The translations under genes were made by a program, and so were the position numbers. 64,000 nucleotides of DNA from assembly GCF_009914755.1 (NCBI RefSeq), contig NC_060947.1, one strand, 5' to 3'. This stretch comes from the human T2T-CHM13v2.0 reference genome, Homo sapiens. The notes beneath the pieces are model-generated. The model had not been told where the DNA came from. It did not search any database and saw nothing but the letters and a program-made list of their open reading frames with translations. Below, one piece after another: positions 53,131 to 64,000 of the stretch. Numbering within the stretch: position 1 is the first letter of the stretch; the number at the start of each line of letters is the position of its first letter.

Positions 53131-53492
53131 CTCCTGACTTGGAGACAACCACCATCAGGGGTCGATAGAAACCTCATACAGGAGACCTCCAGCTCGCATC
53201 AGGTGGGCGCCCCAATGAGATGCAGCTTCTAGAGGAAGGAGCAGGCAGCAATCTTTGCAGTTCTGCAGCCTCCGCTGGTGATACCCAGGCAAACAGGGTT
53301 TGGAGTGGACCTCCAGCAAACTCCCACAGACCTGCAGAAGAGGGGCCTGACTATTAGAAGGAAAACTAACAAACAGAAAGCAATAACATCAACATCAACA
53401 AAAAGGATTCCCACACAAAAACCCCATCCAAAGGCCATCAGCATCAAAGATCAATGGTAGATAAATCCATGAAGACAAAGAACAAGCACTAA

Positions 53493-53720
53493 ATATATAT
53501 ATGTATATATATATGTGTGTGTATATATATGTGTGTATAAATGTATATATATGTGTGTATATATGTATATATGTGTATATATGTATGTGTATATATGTAT
53601 ATATGTATATATGTGTGTATATATGTATATATATGTGTGTATATATGTGTGTATATATATATACACACACACACATATACATATACACACATATATATAC
53701 ACATATATATACATATATAT
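53493..53720. repeat. TA-rich compound microsatellite (TATG-type switching to CATA-type)
   Basis: Direct reading; orientation switch near 53655-53662. Confidence 0.95.
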
Positions 53721-54426
53721 TTTCTACCTCTGGTAGAATTCAGCTGTGAATCTATCTGGTCCTGGGCCTTTTTTAATTGGTAGGCTATTAATTACTGCCT
53801 CAATTTCAGAACTTGTGATTGTTCTATTCGGGGATTCGATTTCATCCTGGTTTAGTCTTGGGAGGGTGTATGTGTCCAGGAGTTTATCCATTTCTTTTAG
53901 ATTTTCTAATTTATTTGCGTAGAGGTGTTTATCATATTCTCTGGTGGTAGTTTGTATTTCTGTGGGATCAGTGGTAACATACCCTTTATCATTTTTTATT
54001 GTGTCTATTTGATTGTTCTCTCTCTTTTCTTCTTTTTTTAGTCTGGCTAGCAATCTATCTATTTTGTTAATCTTTTCAAAAAAACAGCTCCCGGATTCAC
54101 TGATTTTTTGGAGGGATTTTTGTGTCTATATCTCTTTCAGTTCTGCTCTGATCTTAGTCATTTATTTTCTTCTGCTAACTTTTGAATATGTTTGATCTTG
54201 CTTCTCTAGCTCTTTTAATTGTGATGTTAGGGTGTTGACTTTAGATCTTCCTACTTTCTGATGTGGGTATTTAGTGCTATAAATTTTCCTCTTAACACTG
54301 ATTTTGTTGTGTCCCAGATATTCTGTCACTTTGTTCTCATTGGTTTCAAAGAACTTCTTTATTTCTGACTTAATTTCATTATTTACCCAGAGTCATTCAG
54401 GAGCAGCTTGTTCAGTTTCCATGTAG

Positions 54427-54428
<2 letters not shown>
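53721..54428 (-). repeat. Inverted duplicate of 55416-56119 (L1 ORF2 segment)
   Basis: By-eye alignment gives 22 substitutions and one 4-bp indel over ~705 bp; ORFs 53724-54053 (-) and 55787-56212 (+) share [25 protein letters not shown]. Confidence 0.95.
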
Positions 54429-54460
<32 letters not shown>

Positions 54461-54577
54461 ACATATGTGTGTATATATATATGTGTGTATATATACATGT
54501 ATATATACATGTATATATACATATATATATACATATATATATACACACACACATATATATATACATATATATATATA
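54429..54577. repeat. TA-rich compound microsatellite
   Basis: Direct reading. Confidence 0.95.
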
Positions 54578-57500
54578 AAAGGGTACCAGCCACTGCAAAA
54601 ACACACCAAAATATAAAGACCAATGACACTATAAAGAAACTGCATCGACTAATGTGCAAAATAACCAGCTAGCATCATGATGACAGGATCAAATTCACAC
54701 AAAACAATATTAACCTTAAATGTAAATGGGCTAAATGCCCCAATTAGAAGACACAGACTGGAAAATTTGATAAAGAGTCACGACCCATCAGTGTGCTGTA
54801 TTCAAAAGACACATCTCATGGGCAAAGACACACATAGGCTCAAAATAAAGGGATGGAGGAATATTTACCAAGCAAATGGAAATAAAGAAAAGCAGGGGTT
54901 GCAGTCCTAGTCTCTGATAAAACAGATTTTAAACCAACAAAGATCAAAAGAGACAAAGAAGGGCATTATATAATGGTAAAGGGATCAATGCAACAAGAAG
55001 AGCTAAGTATCCTAAATATATAAGAGCCCAATACAGGAGTGTCCAGATTCACAAAGCAAGTTCTTAGAGACCTACAAAGAGACCTAGACTCCCACAAGAT
55101 AATAGTGGGAGAGTTTAACACCCCACTTTCAATATTAGATGGATCAATGAGACAGAAAATTAACAAGGATATTCAGGACTTAAACTGAACTCTGGGCCAA
55201 GCAGACCTAATAGACATCTACAGGACTCTCCACCCCAAATCAACAGAATATATATTCTTCCCAGCACCACATAGCACTTATTCTAAAAACGACCACATAA
55301 TTAGAGATAAAACACTCCTCAGCAAAATGCAAAAGAATGGAAATCATAACAGTCTCTCCGACCACAGTGCAATCAAATTAGAACTCAGGATTAAGAAACT
55401 CACTCAGAACTGCACAACTACATGGAAACTGAACAACCTGCTCCTGAATGACTCTGGGTAAATAATGAAATTAAGTCAGAGATAAAGAAGTTCTTTGAAA
55501 CCAATGAGAACAAAGAGACAGAATATCTGGAATACAACAAAATCAGTGTTAAGAGGAAAATTTATAGCACTAAGTACCCACATGAGAAAGTAGAAAGATC
55601 TAAAGTCGACACCCTAACATCACAATTAAAAGAGCTAGAGAAGCAAGATCAAACATATTCAAAAGCTAGCAGAAGAAAATAAATAAGATCAAAGCAGAAC
55701 TGAAAGAGATATAGACACAAAAATCCCTCCAAAAAATCAGTGAATCCGGGAGCTGTTTTTTTGAAAAGATTAACAAAATAGATAGATTGCTAGCCAGACT
55801 AAAAAAAGAAGAAAAGAGAGAGAACAATCAAATAGACACAATAAAAAATGATAAAGGGTATATTACCACTGATCCCACAGAAACACAAACTACCACCAGA
55901 GAATATGATAAACACCTCTACGCAAATAAATTAGAAAATGTAAAAGAAATGGGTAAACTCCTGGACACATACACTCTCCCAAGACTAAACCAGGATGAAA
56001 TCGAATCCCTGAATAGCACAATCACAAGTTCTGAAATTGAGCCAGTAATTAATAGCCTACCAACCAAAAAAGGCCCAGGACCAGATAGATTCACAGCTGA
56101 ATTCTACCAGAGGTACAAAGAGGAGCTGATACCGTTCTTTCTGAAAGTACTCCAAAAAATAGCAAAAGAGGAACTCCTCTCTAACTCATTTCATGAGGCC
56201 AGCATCATCTAGAAATCAAAACTGGCAGAGACACAACAACAACAAAAATTTCAAGCCAATATCCCTGATGAAAATCATTGCAAAAATCCTCAATAAAATA
56301 CTTGGAAATTGAATACAACAGCACATCAAAAAGTTTATCCACCACGAACAAGTCGGCTTCATCCCTGGGATGCAAGGCTGGTTGAACATATACAAATAAA
56401 TAAACATAATACATCACATAAACAGAACCAATGACAAAAACCACATGATTATCTCAATAAATACTGAAAAGACCTTCGATAAAATTCAACACCACTTTAT
56501 GCTAAAAACAATAAACTAGGTATTGATGGAACATATCTCAAAATAATAAGAGCTATTTATGACAAACCCACAGCCAATATCATACTGAATGGGAAAAACC
56601 TGGAAGCACTTCCTTTGGAAACCGGCACAATACAAGGACGCCCTCTCTAACCGCTCCTATTCAACATAGTATTGGAAGTTCTGTCAGGGCAATCAGGCAA
56701 GAAGAAGAAATAAAGTGTATTCAAATAGGAAGAGAGGAAGTCAAATTGTCTCTGTTTGCAGAAGACATGATTGTATATTTAAAAAACCCCATCATCTCAG
56801 CCCAAAATCTCCTTAAGCTGATAAGCAACTTCAGCAAAATCTCAGGATACAAAATCAATGTGCAAAAACCACAAGTATTCCTATACACCAACAATAGACA
56901 GACAAAGTCAAATCATGAGTGAACTCCCATTCACAATTGCACCAAAGAAAATAAAATACTTAGGAATACAACTTACAAGGGACGTGAAGGACCTCTTCAA
57001 AGAGAACTACAAAGCACTGCTCAGGAAATAAGAGAGGACACAAACAAATGGAAAAACATTCCATGCTCATGGATAGCAAGAATCAATATTATGAAAATGG
57101 CCATATTGCCCAAAGTAATTTATAGATTCAATGCTATTCCCATCAAGCTACCATTGACTTTATTCACAGAACTAGAGAAAACTACTTCACATTTCATATG
57201 GAACCAAAAAGGAGCTGTATAGCCAAGACAATCTGAAGCAAAAAGGACAAAGCTGGAGGCATCACACTACCTGACTTCAAATTATACTACAAGGCAATAG
57301 TAACAAAAGTAGCATGTTACTGGTACAAAACAGATATATAGACCAATGGAACAGAATAGAGGCCACAGAAATAACACCACACATCCACAACCATCTGATA
57401 TTTGAGAAACATGACAAAAACAAGCAACAGGGACAGGATTCCCTAATTAGTAAATGGTGCCTTGAAAACTGGCTAGCCATATGCAGAAAACTGAATCTGG

Positions 57501-58099
57501 ACCCCTTCCTTACACCTTATACAAAAATTAACTCAAGATGGATTAAAGACCTAAACATAAAACCAAAAACCATAAAAACGCTAATAGAAAACCTAGGCAA
57601 TACCATTCAAGACATAGGCATGGGCAATGACTTTATAACTAAAACACCGAAAGCAATTGCAACAGAAGCCAAAATTGACAAATGGGATCTAATCAAACTG
57701 AAGAGTTTCTGCACAGCAAAAGAAACTATCATCAGAGTGAACAGGCAACCTACAGAATGGAAGAAAATTTTCACAATCTGTCCAGCTGACAAAGGTCTAA
57801 TATCCACAATCTACAAGGAACTTAACCAAATTTACAAGAAAATAAAACAAGCAACCCTGTCAAAAAGTTGGCGAAGGATATGAACAGACACTTCTCAAAA
57901 GAAGACATTTATGCAGCCAACAAACATATGAAAAAAAGTTCATCATCACTGGTCATTAGAGAAATTCAAGTCAAAGCCACAATGAGATACCATCTCACAC
58001 CAGTTAGAATAGCGATTATTAAAAAGTCAGGTAACAACAGATACCGGCGAGGCTGTGGACAGATTGAAACAGTTTTACACGGTTTGTGGGAGTGTAAAT

Positions 58100-60055
58100 C
58101 AGTAAAATGTAACATATCATATAAACAGAATTAAAAACAAAAATTTTATGATCATCTCAATAGATGCAGAAAAAGCATTTGACAAAAGCTAGCATCCCTT
58201 TATGATTAAAACCCCCAGCAAAATCAGCATAGAAAGACATAACTCAAGGTAATAAAAGCCATCTATAAAAAACTCAGCCAATATTATACTGAATGGGGAA
58301 AAGTTGAAAGCATTCCCCCTGAGGACTGGAATAAAACAAGGATGCCCACTATCACTTCAATTCAATATAGTACTGGAAGTCCTTGCCAGAGGAATCAGAC
58401 AAGAAAAATAAATATAGGACATCTAAATCTTTAAAGAGGAATTCAAACTGTTGCTGTTCACTGATGATATGATTGTGTACCTAGAAAAGCTTAAAGACTC
58501 ATCCAAATTCTCCTAGAACTGATAGATAAATAAAGAAAGTGAAGTCTCAAGATACAAAATCAGTATACACAACTTAGTAGCACTGTTATACACCAGCAAG
58601 AAAGAAGCTGAGAGTTAAATAAAAAAAAAATCAATCCCTTTTAAAACATCAGCAAAAAATAATAAAATAAAATACTTGGAAATATACCTAACCAAGGAGA
58701 TTAGGTACAAGATTTCTACAAGGAAAACTATAAAAAAGTGCTGAAAAAGATCATAGAAGGAACAAATAATTGGAAACACATCCCATGCTCATAGATGGGT
58801 AGAATCAATATTCTGAAAATGTCCGCACTCCCAAAATCAATCTACAAATTCAATGCAATTTCCATCAAAGCACTATCATCATTCTTCACAGCACTAGAAA
58901 AAAAAATTCTAAAATTCAAATGGAACAAATAAAGAGCCTCCATATTTAAAGCAATTCTAAGCTAAAAAAAACAAATCTACAGGTATCACATAACTCAACT
59001 TCAAACTATACTGCAAGGCTATAGTTACCAAGAGAGCATGGTACTAGTATAGAAATAAGCATATAAGCCAATGGAACAGAATAGAGAAGAGAAACAAAAA
59101 ATAAAACCAAATACTTACAGCCAACTGACCTTCGACAAAGCAAACAAAAACATAAAGTGGAGAAAGGACATCCTATACAATAAATGGTGCTGGGAAAATT
59201 GGCAAGCCAAATGTAGAAGAATGAAGCTGGATACTGATCTCTCACCTTATACAAAAATCAACTCAAGATGGATCAAATAATTAAATCTAAGACATAAAAC
59301 CATAAAAATTCTATAAGTTAACATTGAAAAAAACTCTTCTAGACATCGGCTTAGGCAAAGAGTTTATGACAAAAACCCCAAAGCAAATGCAACAAAAACA
59401 AAACAGATGGGACCTAATTAAACTAAAAAGCTTCAGCACAGCAAAATAAATAATCAGCAGAGTAAACAGACAACCCACAGAGTGGGGAAAAATCTTTGCA
59501 AACTATGAATTCTACAAAGGACTAATAATACAGAATCTATGCAGAACTCAAGCAAATCAGCAAGAAAAAAAATCCCATCAAAAAGTGGGCAAAGGACATG
59601 AATAGACATTTCTCCAAAGCAGATATACAAATGGCCGACAAACATATGAATAAATGCTCAACATCACTAATTATCAGCGAAATGAAAATTAAAACCACAA
59701 TGAGATATTACTATACTCCTGCAAAAAAATGGCCATAATTTCAAAAATCAAAAAAATAACAGATGTTAGTGTGAATGTGGTGAAAAGGGAATACTTTTAC
59801 ACTGCTGGTGGGAATGTAAACTAGTACAACCACTATGGAAAACATTATGGAGATTCCTTAAAGTACTAAAAGTAGAACTACTGTTTGATCCAACAATTTC
59901 AGTACTGGGAGTCAACCCAAAGGTAAAGAAGTCATTATATGAAAAAGACACTTGCACATGCATGTTTATAGCAGCACAATTCACAATTCAAAAATGTGGA
60001 ACCAGCCTAAATGCCCATCAACCAACGAGTGGATAAAGAAAATGTGACATATAGG

Positions 60056-60105
<50 letters not shown>

Positions 60106-60550
60106 TCATATATATATACATATTATATACACACACACATACACACACACACACACACACACCATGGGATACTACTCATTCATATAAAGTAACAAAATAA
60201 TTGTATTTGCAGCAACCTAGATGGAGTTGGAGACCATTATTCTAAGTGAAGTAACACAGAAATGGCAAATCAAACGTATATTCTCACTTATGAGCAGGAC
60301 CTAAGCTATGAGAATGCAAAGGCATAAGAATGATAAAATGGACTCTGGGAACTCAGCAGGAAGGGTGGGAGGGGGGTGCTGGATAAAAGACTACACATTG
60401 GGTACAGTGTACACTGCTTGTGTGATGGATGCACCAAAATCTCAGAAATTACCACTAAAGAACTTTTCCATGCAACCAAACACCACCTGTTTCCCCAAAA
60501 CTATTGAAATAAAAATAAATATAAAAAATAAATTAAGTAAATAAAATAAA
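58100..60550 (+). mobile_element. 5'-truncated L1PB (L1PB3-like), ORF2 and 3' UTR
   Basis: ATGATCATCTCAATAGATGCAGAAAAAGCATTTGAC; 3' UTR CTACACATTGGGTACAGTGTACACTGC...CCCCAAAACTATTGAAATAAAAATAAA. Confidence 0.92.
60057..60162. repeat. (AGAT)12 followed by a TA/CA compound microsatellite
   Basis: Direct reading. Confidence 0.95.
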
Positions 60551-60683
60551 AGGATGGAAATGATTAACAATGGGCAGTGGGAAGAGTCAAGGCAGCAGTG
60601 TACACCATTTTTTCAGCTAGATAAGAACTGAAAGGAAAGTGCGTGCAAGGTCTGCTTCATTTAAAAATTTTTAAAAATAAATA

Positions 60684-61128
60684 AAAATACCTACACATGT
60701 ATGTTTATCCCAGCACTAGTCACAGTACAAAGATATGGAATCTGATTAAGTGTCCATCAATGGATGATTTGATAAAGTAAATGTGGTATATAATAAAATA
60801 CTATTCTGCCATAAAAATAACAAAGTTGTGTGTTTTACAGCAACATGTATAATAGTGGTGATCATAATCTTAAGTGAAATTACCCATAAACAGAAAGTCA
60901 AATATCACAAGTTCTCACTTCTAGGCAGGAGCTAAATAATGTATACACATTAACACAGAAAGTGGAATAAAAGACACTGGGGACTCCGAAGGGCAGGAAA
61001 GTTGGAAGTGGGTGAGAGATTAAAAATTAATTAATATAATGTACCCTTTCAGAGACTTTTCTGCTATGCAATATATACATGCAACAAATCTGCACTTGTA
61101 TCTGCTGCATCTATAAAAAATTTAAAAA
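60684..61128 (+). mobile_element. L1PB4-like 3' end
   Basis: GAGCTAAATAATGTATACACAT...GTGGAATAAAAGACACTGGGGACTCCGAAGGG...CAATATATACATGCAACAAATCTGCACTTGTA. Confidence 0.8.
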
Positions 61129-61130
61129 CA

Positions 61131-61272
61131 CTTAACTGCAAGTTCCAAAACCTTAAAGTGCCTTTAAAAAACATAGGAAAACATCTCTTTGGCATTGGTC
61201 TTGGTAATAAAGTCTTTGATAGGACACCAAAAACACATGCCTCAAAAGCTACAATAAATAAGTGGTACTTAG
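61131..61272 (+). mobile_element. L1M ORF2 fragment
   Basis: AAAACATAGGAAAACATCTCTTTGGCATTGGTCTTGGTAAT...GACACCAAAAACAC. Confidence 0.65.
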
Positions 61273-61274
61273 AT

Positions 61275-61408
61275 TTGACATCAACAAGATGGTGGAGAAG
61301 CTGATATCAGTATATATATATATATATATATATATGTCTATCTTCAAGATGGTGGAGAAGCTGATATCAGCCCTTATCCCCTCCACCAACTATATATATA
61401 TATACGTG

Positions 61409-61441
<33 letters not shown>

Positions 61442-62232
61442 CTATCTTCAAACCAAAATAACCTAGAAATATTTCAAGGGCTTATAAATAATCTACCATA
61501 ATAAATTAGTGCAAAAAAAATCCAAATAGAAAGTGTCACTGGTGATACTAATATACCTGAGACACCATATGTGCACCAGAAATAAAGAAGAAAAGTTGAG
61601 GTTATCATATCAATCACGGGGCAGGAATAACTATTGTCCCCATTTGCCTGTTCCACAGAGCACAGCAGTTCTTTTACCACTGAAGTAACCAACTAGCATC
61701 CCCACTGCAGAACCCCAGAGAGGGAGTCATGGCACACCCCATTTCCACATAAACTGTGACCACTGTTGAGTTAATTTTTCAAAGGAGTCAACACTTCTTC
61801 CAACCCCACACATGCCCCAATCCCAGAGCTGTGGCTGCTCCAAGAGGGCCTACTCTTGTGTCATTATTAGCTAGCCCATTAAGAATTCCAGGATAGACTA
61901 AATAGTAAGGTCTACCATCACCAAAGAATAGCTCCAATAGCTGGAGCAGACGGCAATATACTCAAAGGCTCAGGCATCAATATAAGGGCACGAGAATGAT
62001 GAAATATTAGGAAAAAAAGATTACACCAAAAGAAAATAATAATACTTCAATAATGGACCCAGAAGAACTAAAAATCTAGAAAATGACTGACAAAGAATTT
62101 AGAACAATCCTTTTGAAGAAGTTTAGTGCACCTCAAAAAATAGAAATACAAAATTAAAGAACATTTGAAAAGCAATTCATGAACAAAATTAAAAGTTTGA
62201 CGAAGAAGTAGAAACAATAAAGAAACAAATAT
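61275..62232 (+). mobile_element. L1M-type 5' UTR and ORF1 start
   Basis: GACATCAACAAGATGGTGG start; GAAATGACTGACAAAGAATTTAGAACAATCCTTTTGAAGAAG ORF1 N-terminal motif. Confidence 0.65.
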
Positions 62233-63303
62233 TACCTGGTTGTGGTCTTTACTTTCTACATTTAGTGTTCCTTTCAAGATTTCCTGTAAGGCAGGTCTGC
62301 TGGTAATGAACTCTGTCAGCATTTGCATATCTAAAAAGGATCTTATTCCCCCTTCTCTTAGAAAGCTTAGTTCAGCTGGATATGAAGCCCCTGCTTTTTT
62401 TTAAGAATGTTGTATATGGGCCTCCAATCTCTTCTGGCTTGTAGGCTGTCAGCTGAGAGGTCCACTGTTAGACTTTTGTAGGTGACCTTCCCTTTCTCTC
62501 TAGCTGCCTTTAACATTCTTTTTTTCATTTTGACCTTGGAAAATATAATGATTATGTGTTTCTTGAGGATGATCTTCTTGTGTAGAAACTTGCAGGAGTT
62601 CTCTGTATTTTCCTGAATTTTACTGTTGGCCTCTCCATCAAGGTTTGGGAAGTTTTTATGGATGATATTCTGAAATATATTTTCCAAGTAGTTTGCTTTT
62701 TTTCCTTCCTTTTCAGGATGCCAATGATTCATACATTTGGCCTCTTTACATAATCTCATACTTCTTGGAGGATTAATTGATTCTTTTTTATTCCCTTTTA
62801 AAAATGTTTTTGTCTTATTTCAGAGAACCAGTCTTCAAGTTCTGAAATTCTTTCCTCAGTTTGGTTTATTCTGCAGAAAGTGGAATAAAAGACACTGGAT
62901 TGATATTTGAGATTGCATTGTGAAATTCTGGTATTGTGTTATTAACCTCTGTCAGACCCATTAGGTTCTTTTGTATACTGATTATTTCATCCTTTAGCTC
63001 CCGTATCACTTATTTCATGATTCATATTTTCCTTAGATTAGGTTTTGCCATCCTCCTGAATCACAATTATCTTCATTCCTAACTGTATTCTGAATTCTAT
63101 TTCTGTCATTTCAGCCAGTCCAGCCTTGTTAAGAAGTCCTGTTAGAGAACTGGTGAAGTCATTTGGAGAATATACAACACTTTGACCATTTGAGTTACTG
63201 AAGTTCTTGCATTGGTTCTTTCTCATCTCTATCAGTGTTCCTTTAACTGCCGTGTAGATTGAGTACAGTCAATAGACTTGTTTCCTGGTTGTTTTCACCT
63301 GGT
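62233..63303 (-). mobile_element. L1PA13-16-type ORF1 fragment
   Basis: ORFs 63038-63226 (MRKNQCKNFSNSNGQSV) and 62367-62759 (ENIFQNIIHKNFPNL...LKAAREKG...DLSADSLQARRDW). Confidence 0.88.
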
Positions 63304-64000
63304 CTAGGAATACAGCTATACAGGAAGGAAAAAGGTCTCTACAAAGAGAATTACAAAACACTGCTCAAAATAATCATAAAAGACACAGATGAATGAAAAA
63401 ACATCTCATGCTCATGGATAGAAAAAATCAATAACATGTAAATGGCCATATTACCCAAAGCAATTTACAGATTCAATGCTACTTTTATCAAGCTACCAAT
63501 AACATTCTTCACAGAACTGCACAAAAACTATTTAAAAATTAATGTAAAACCCAAAAAGAGCCTGAATAGCCAACAGAATCCTAAGCAAAAATAATAAAGC
63601 TGGAATAAACATGTTACCCAACTTCAAATTATACTACAGGGCTACAGTTTCCAAAACAGCATGGTACTGGTACAAAAACCGGTACATAGACCAATAGAAC
63701 AGAATAGAGAGCCCAGAAATGAGGCCACACACCTACAACCACCTGATCTCTGACAAATCTAACAAAAACAAGAAATAGAGAAAGACTTACTTTTCAATAA
63801 ATGGTGCTGGAATAACTGACTGGCCATAAGCCAGGAGACTGAAGCTGGACCCCTTCCTTACACCATATACAAAAATAAATTCAGGATGGATTAAAGACTT
63901 ACATGTAAAATCGAAAACTATAAAACCCTGAAAGATAACCTAGGCAATACCATCCTGGACATAGAGAAGTGCAAATATTTCATGACAAAGACAATAAAAA
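63304..64000 (+). mobile_element. L1PA-type ORF2 fragment running off the window
   Basis: CTAGGAATACAGCTA...AAAACAGCATGGTACTGGTAC...GGACCCCTTCCTTACACCATATAC. Confidence 0.9.

Larger units (their letters stand above)
53131..58099 (+). mobile_element. Rearranged L1PA7/8-like element: 5' UTR end, ORF1 replaced, ORF2 nearly complete, 3' end missing
   Basis: GGAGTGGACCTCCAGCAAACTCCCACAGACCTGCAG 5' UTR; ORF2 start MMTGSNSHKTILTLNVNGLNAP at 54677; ends at GTGGGAGTGTAAAT. Confidence 0.92.

Noticed and set aside
53131-53492. L1 ORF0 / antisense promoter
   Set aside because: Only the distal part of the 5' UTR remains; the region carrying ORF0 appears to be absent
53395-54672. Many overlapping ORFs rich in Y/I/H/T/C/V/M
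   Set aside because: Translations of TA/TG/CA microsatellites that lack stop codons

Overview
Primate (human-like) genomic DNA with no recognisable host protein-coding or RNA gene. By eye, roughly 80-85% is LINE-1 of many ages (L1ME/L1MC, L1MA, L1PB, L1PA16 down to L1PA2/3), heavily nested and rearranged. It also holds five Alus, a MIR, L2 remnants, a MER2 DNA transposon, three MaLR LTRs (MSTB, THE1D-like, MSTA), two MLT2 LTRs (one with ERVL gag remnant) and several microsatellites. The ORFs I can recognise are broken L1 ORF1/ORF2 pieces, their antisense shadows, Alu/LTR frames or low-complexity translations. Subfamily names come from remembered consensus features and are approximate. I see no new gene system. 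The notable signal is structural: a cluster of locally templated copy events. These are a ~705-bp inverted self-copy bracketed by TA-rich arrays replacing ORF1 of an L1PA7/8, 97-bp and 25-bp copies from 1-2 kb away, and a fold-back with palindromic filler. There are also atypical retrotransposition products: two poly(A)-tailed L1PAs fused 5'-to-5', a tailless 117-bp young L1 patch, a candidate 29-nt 3' transduction and three twin-priming inversions.
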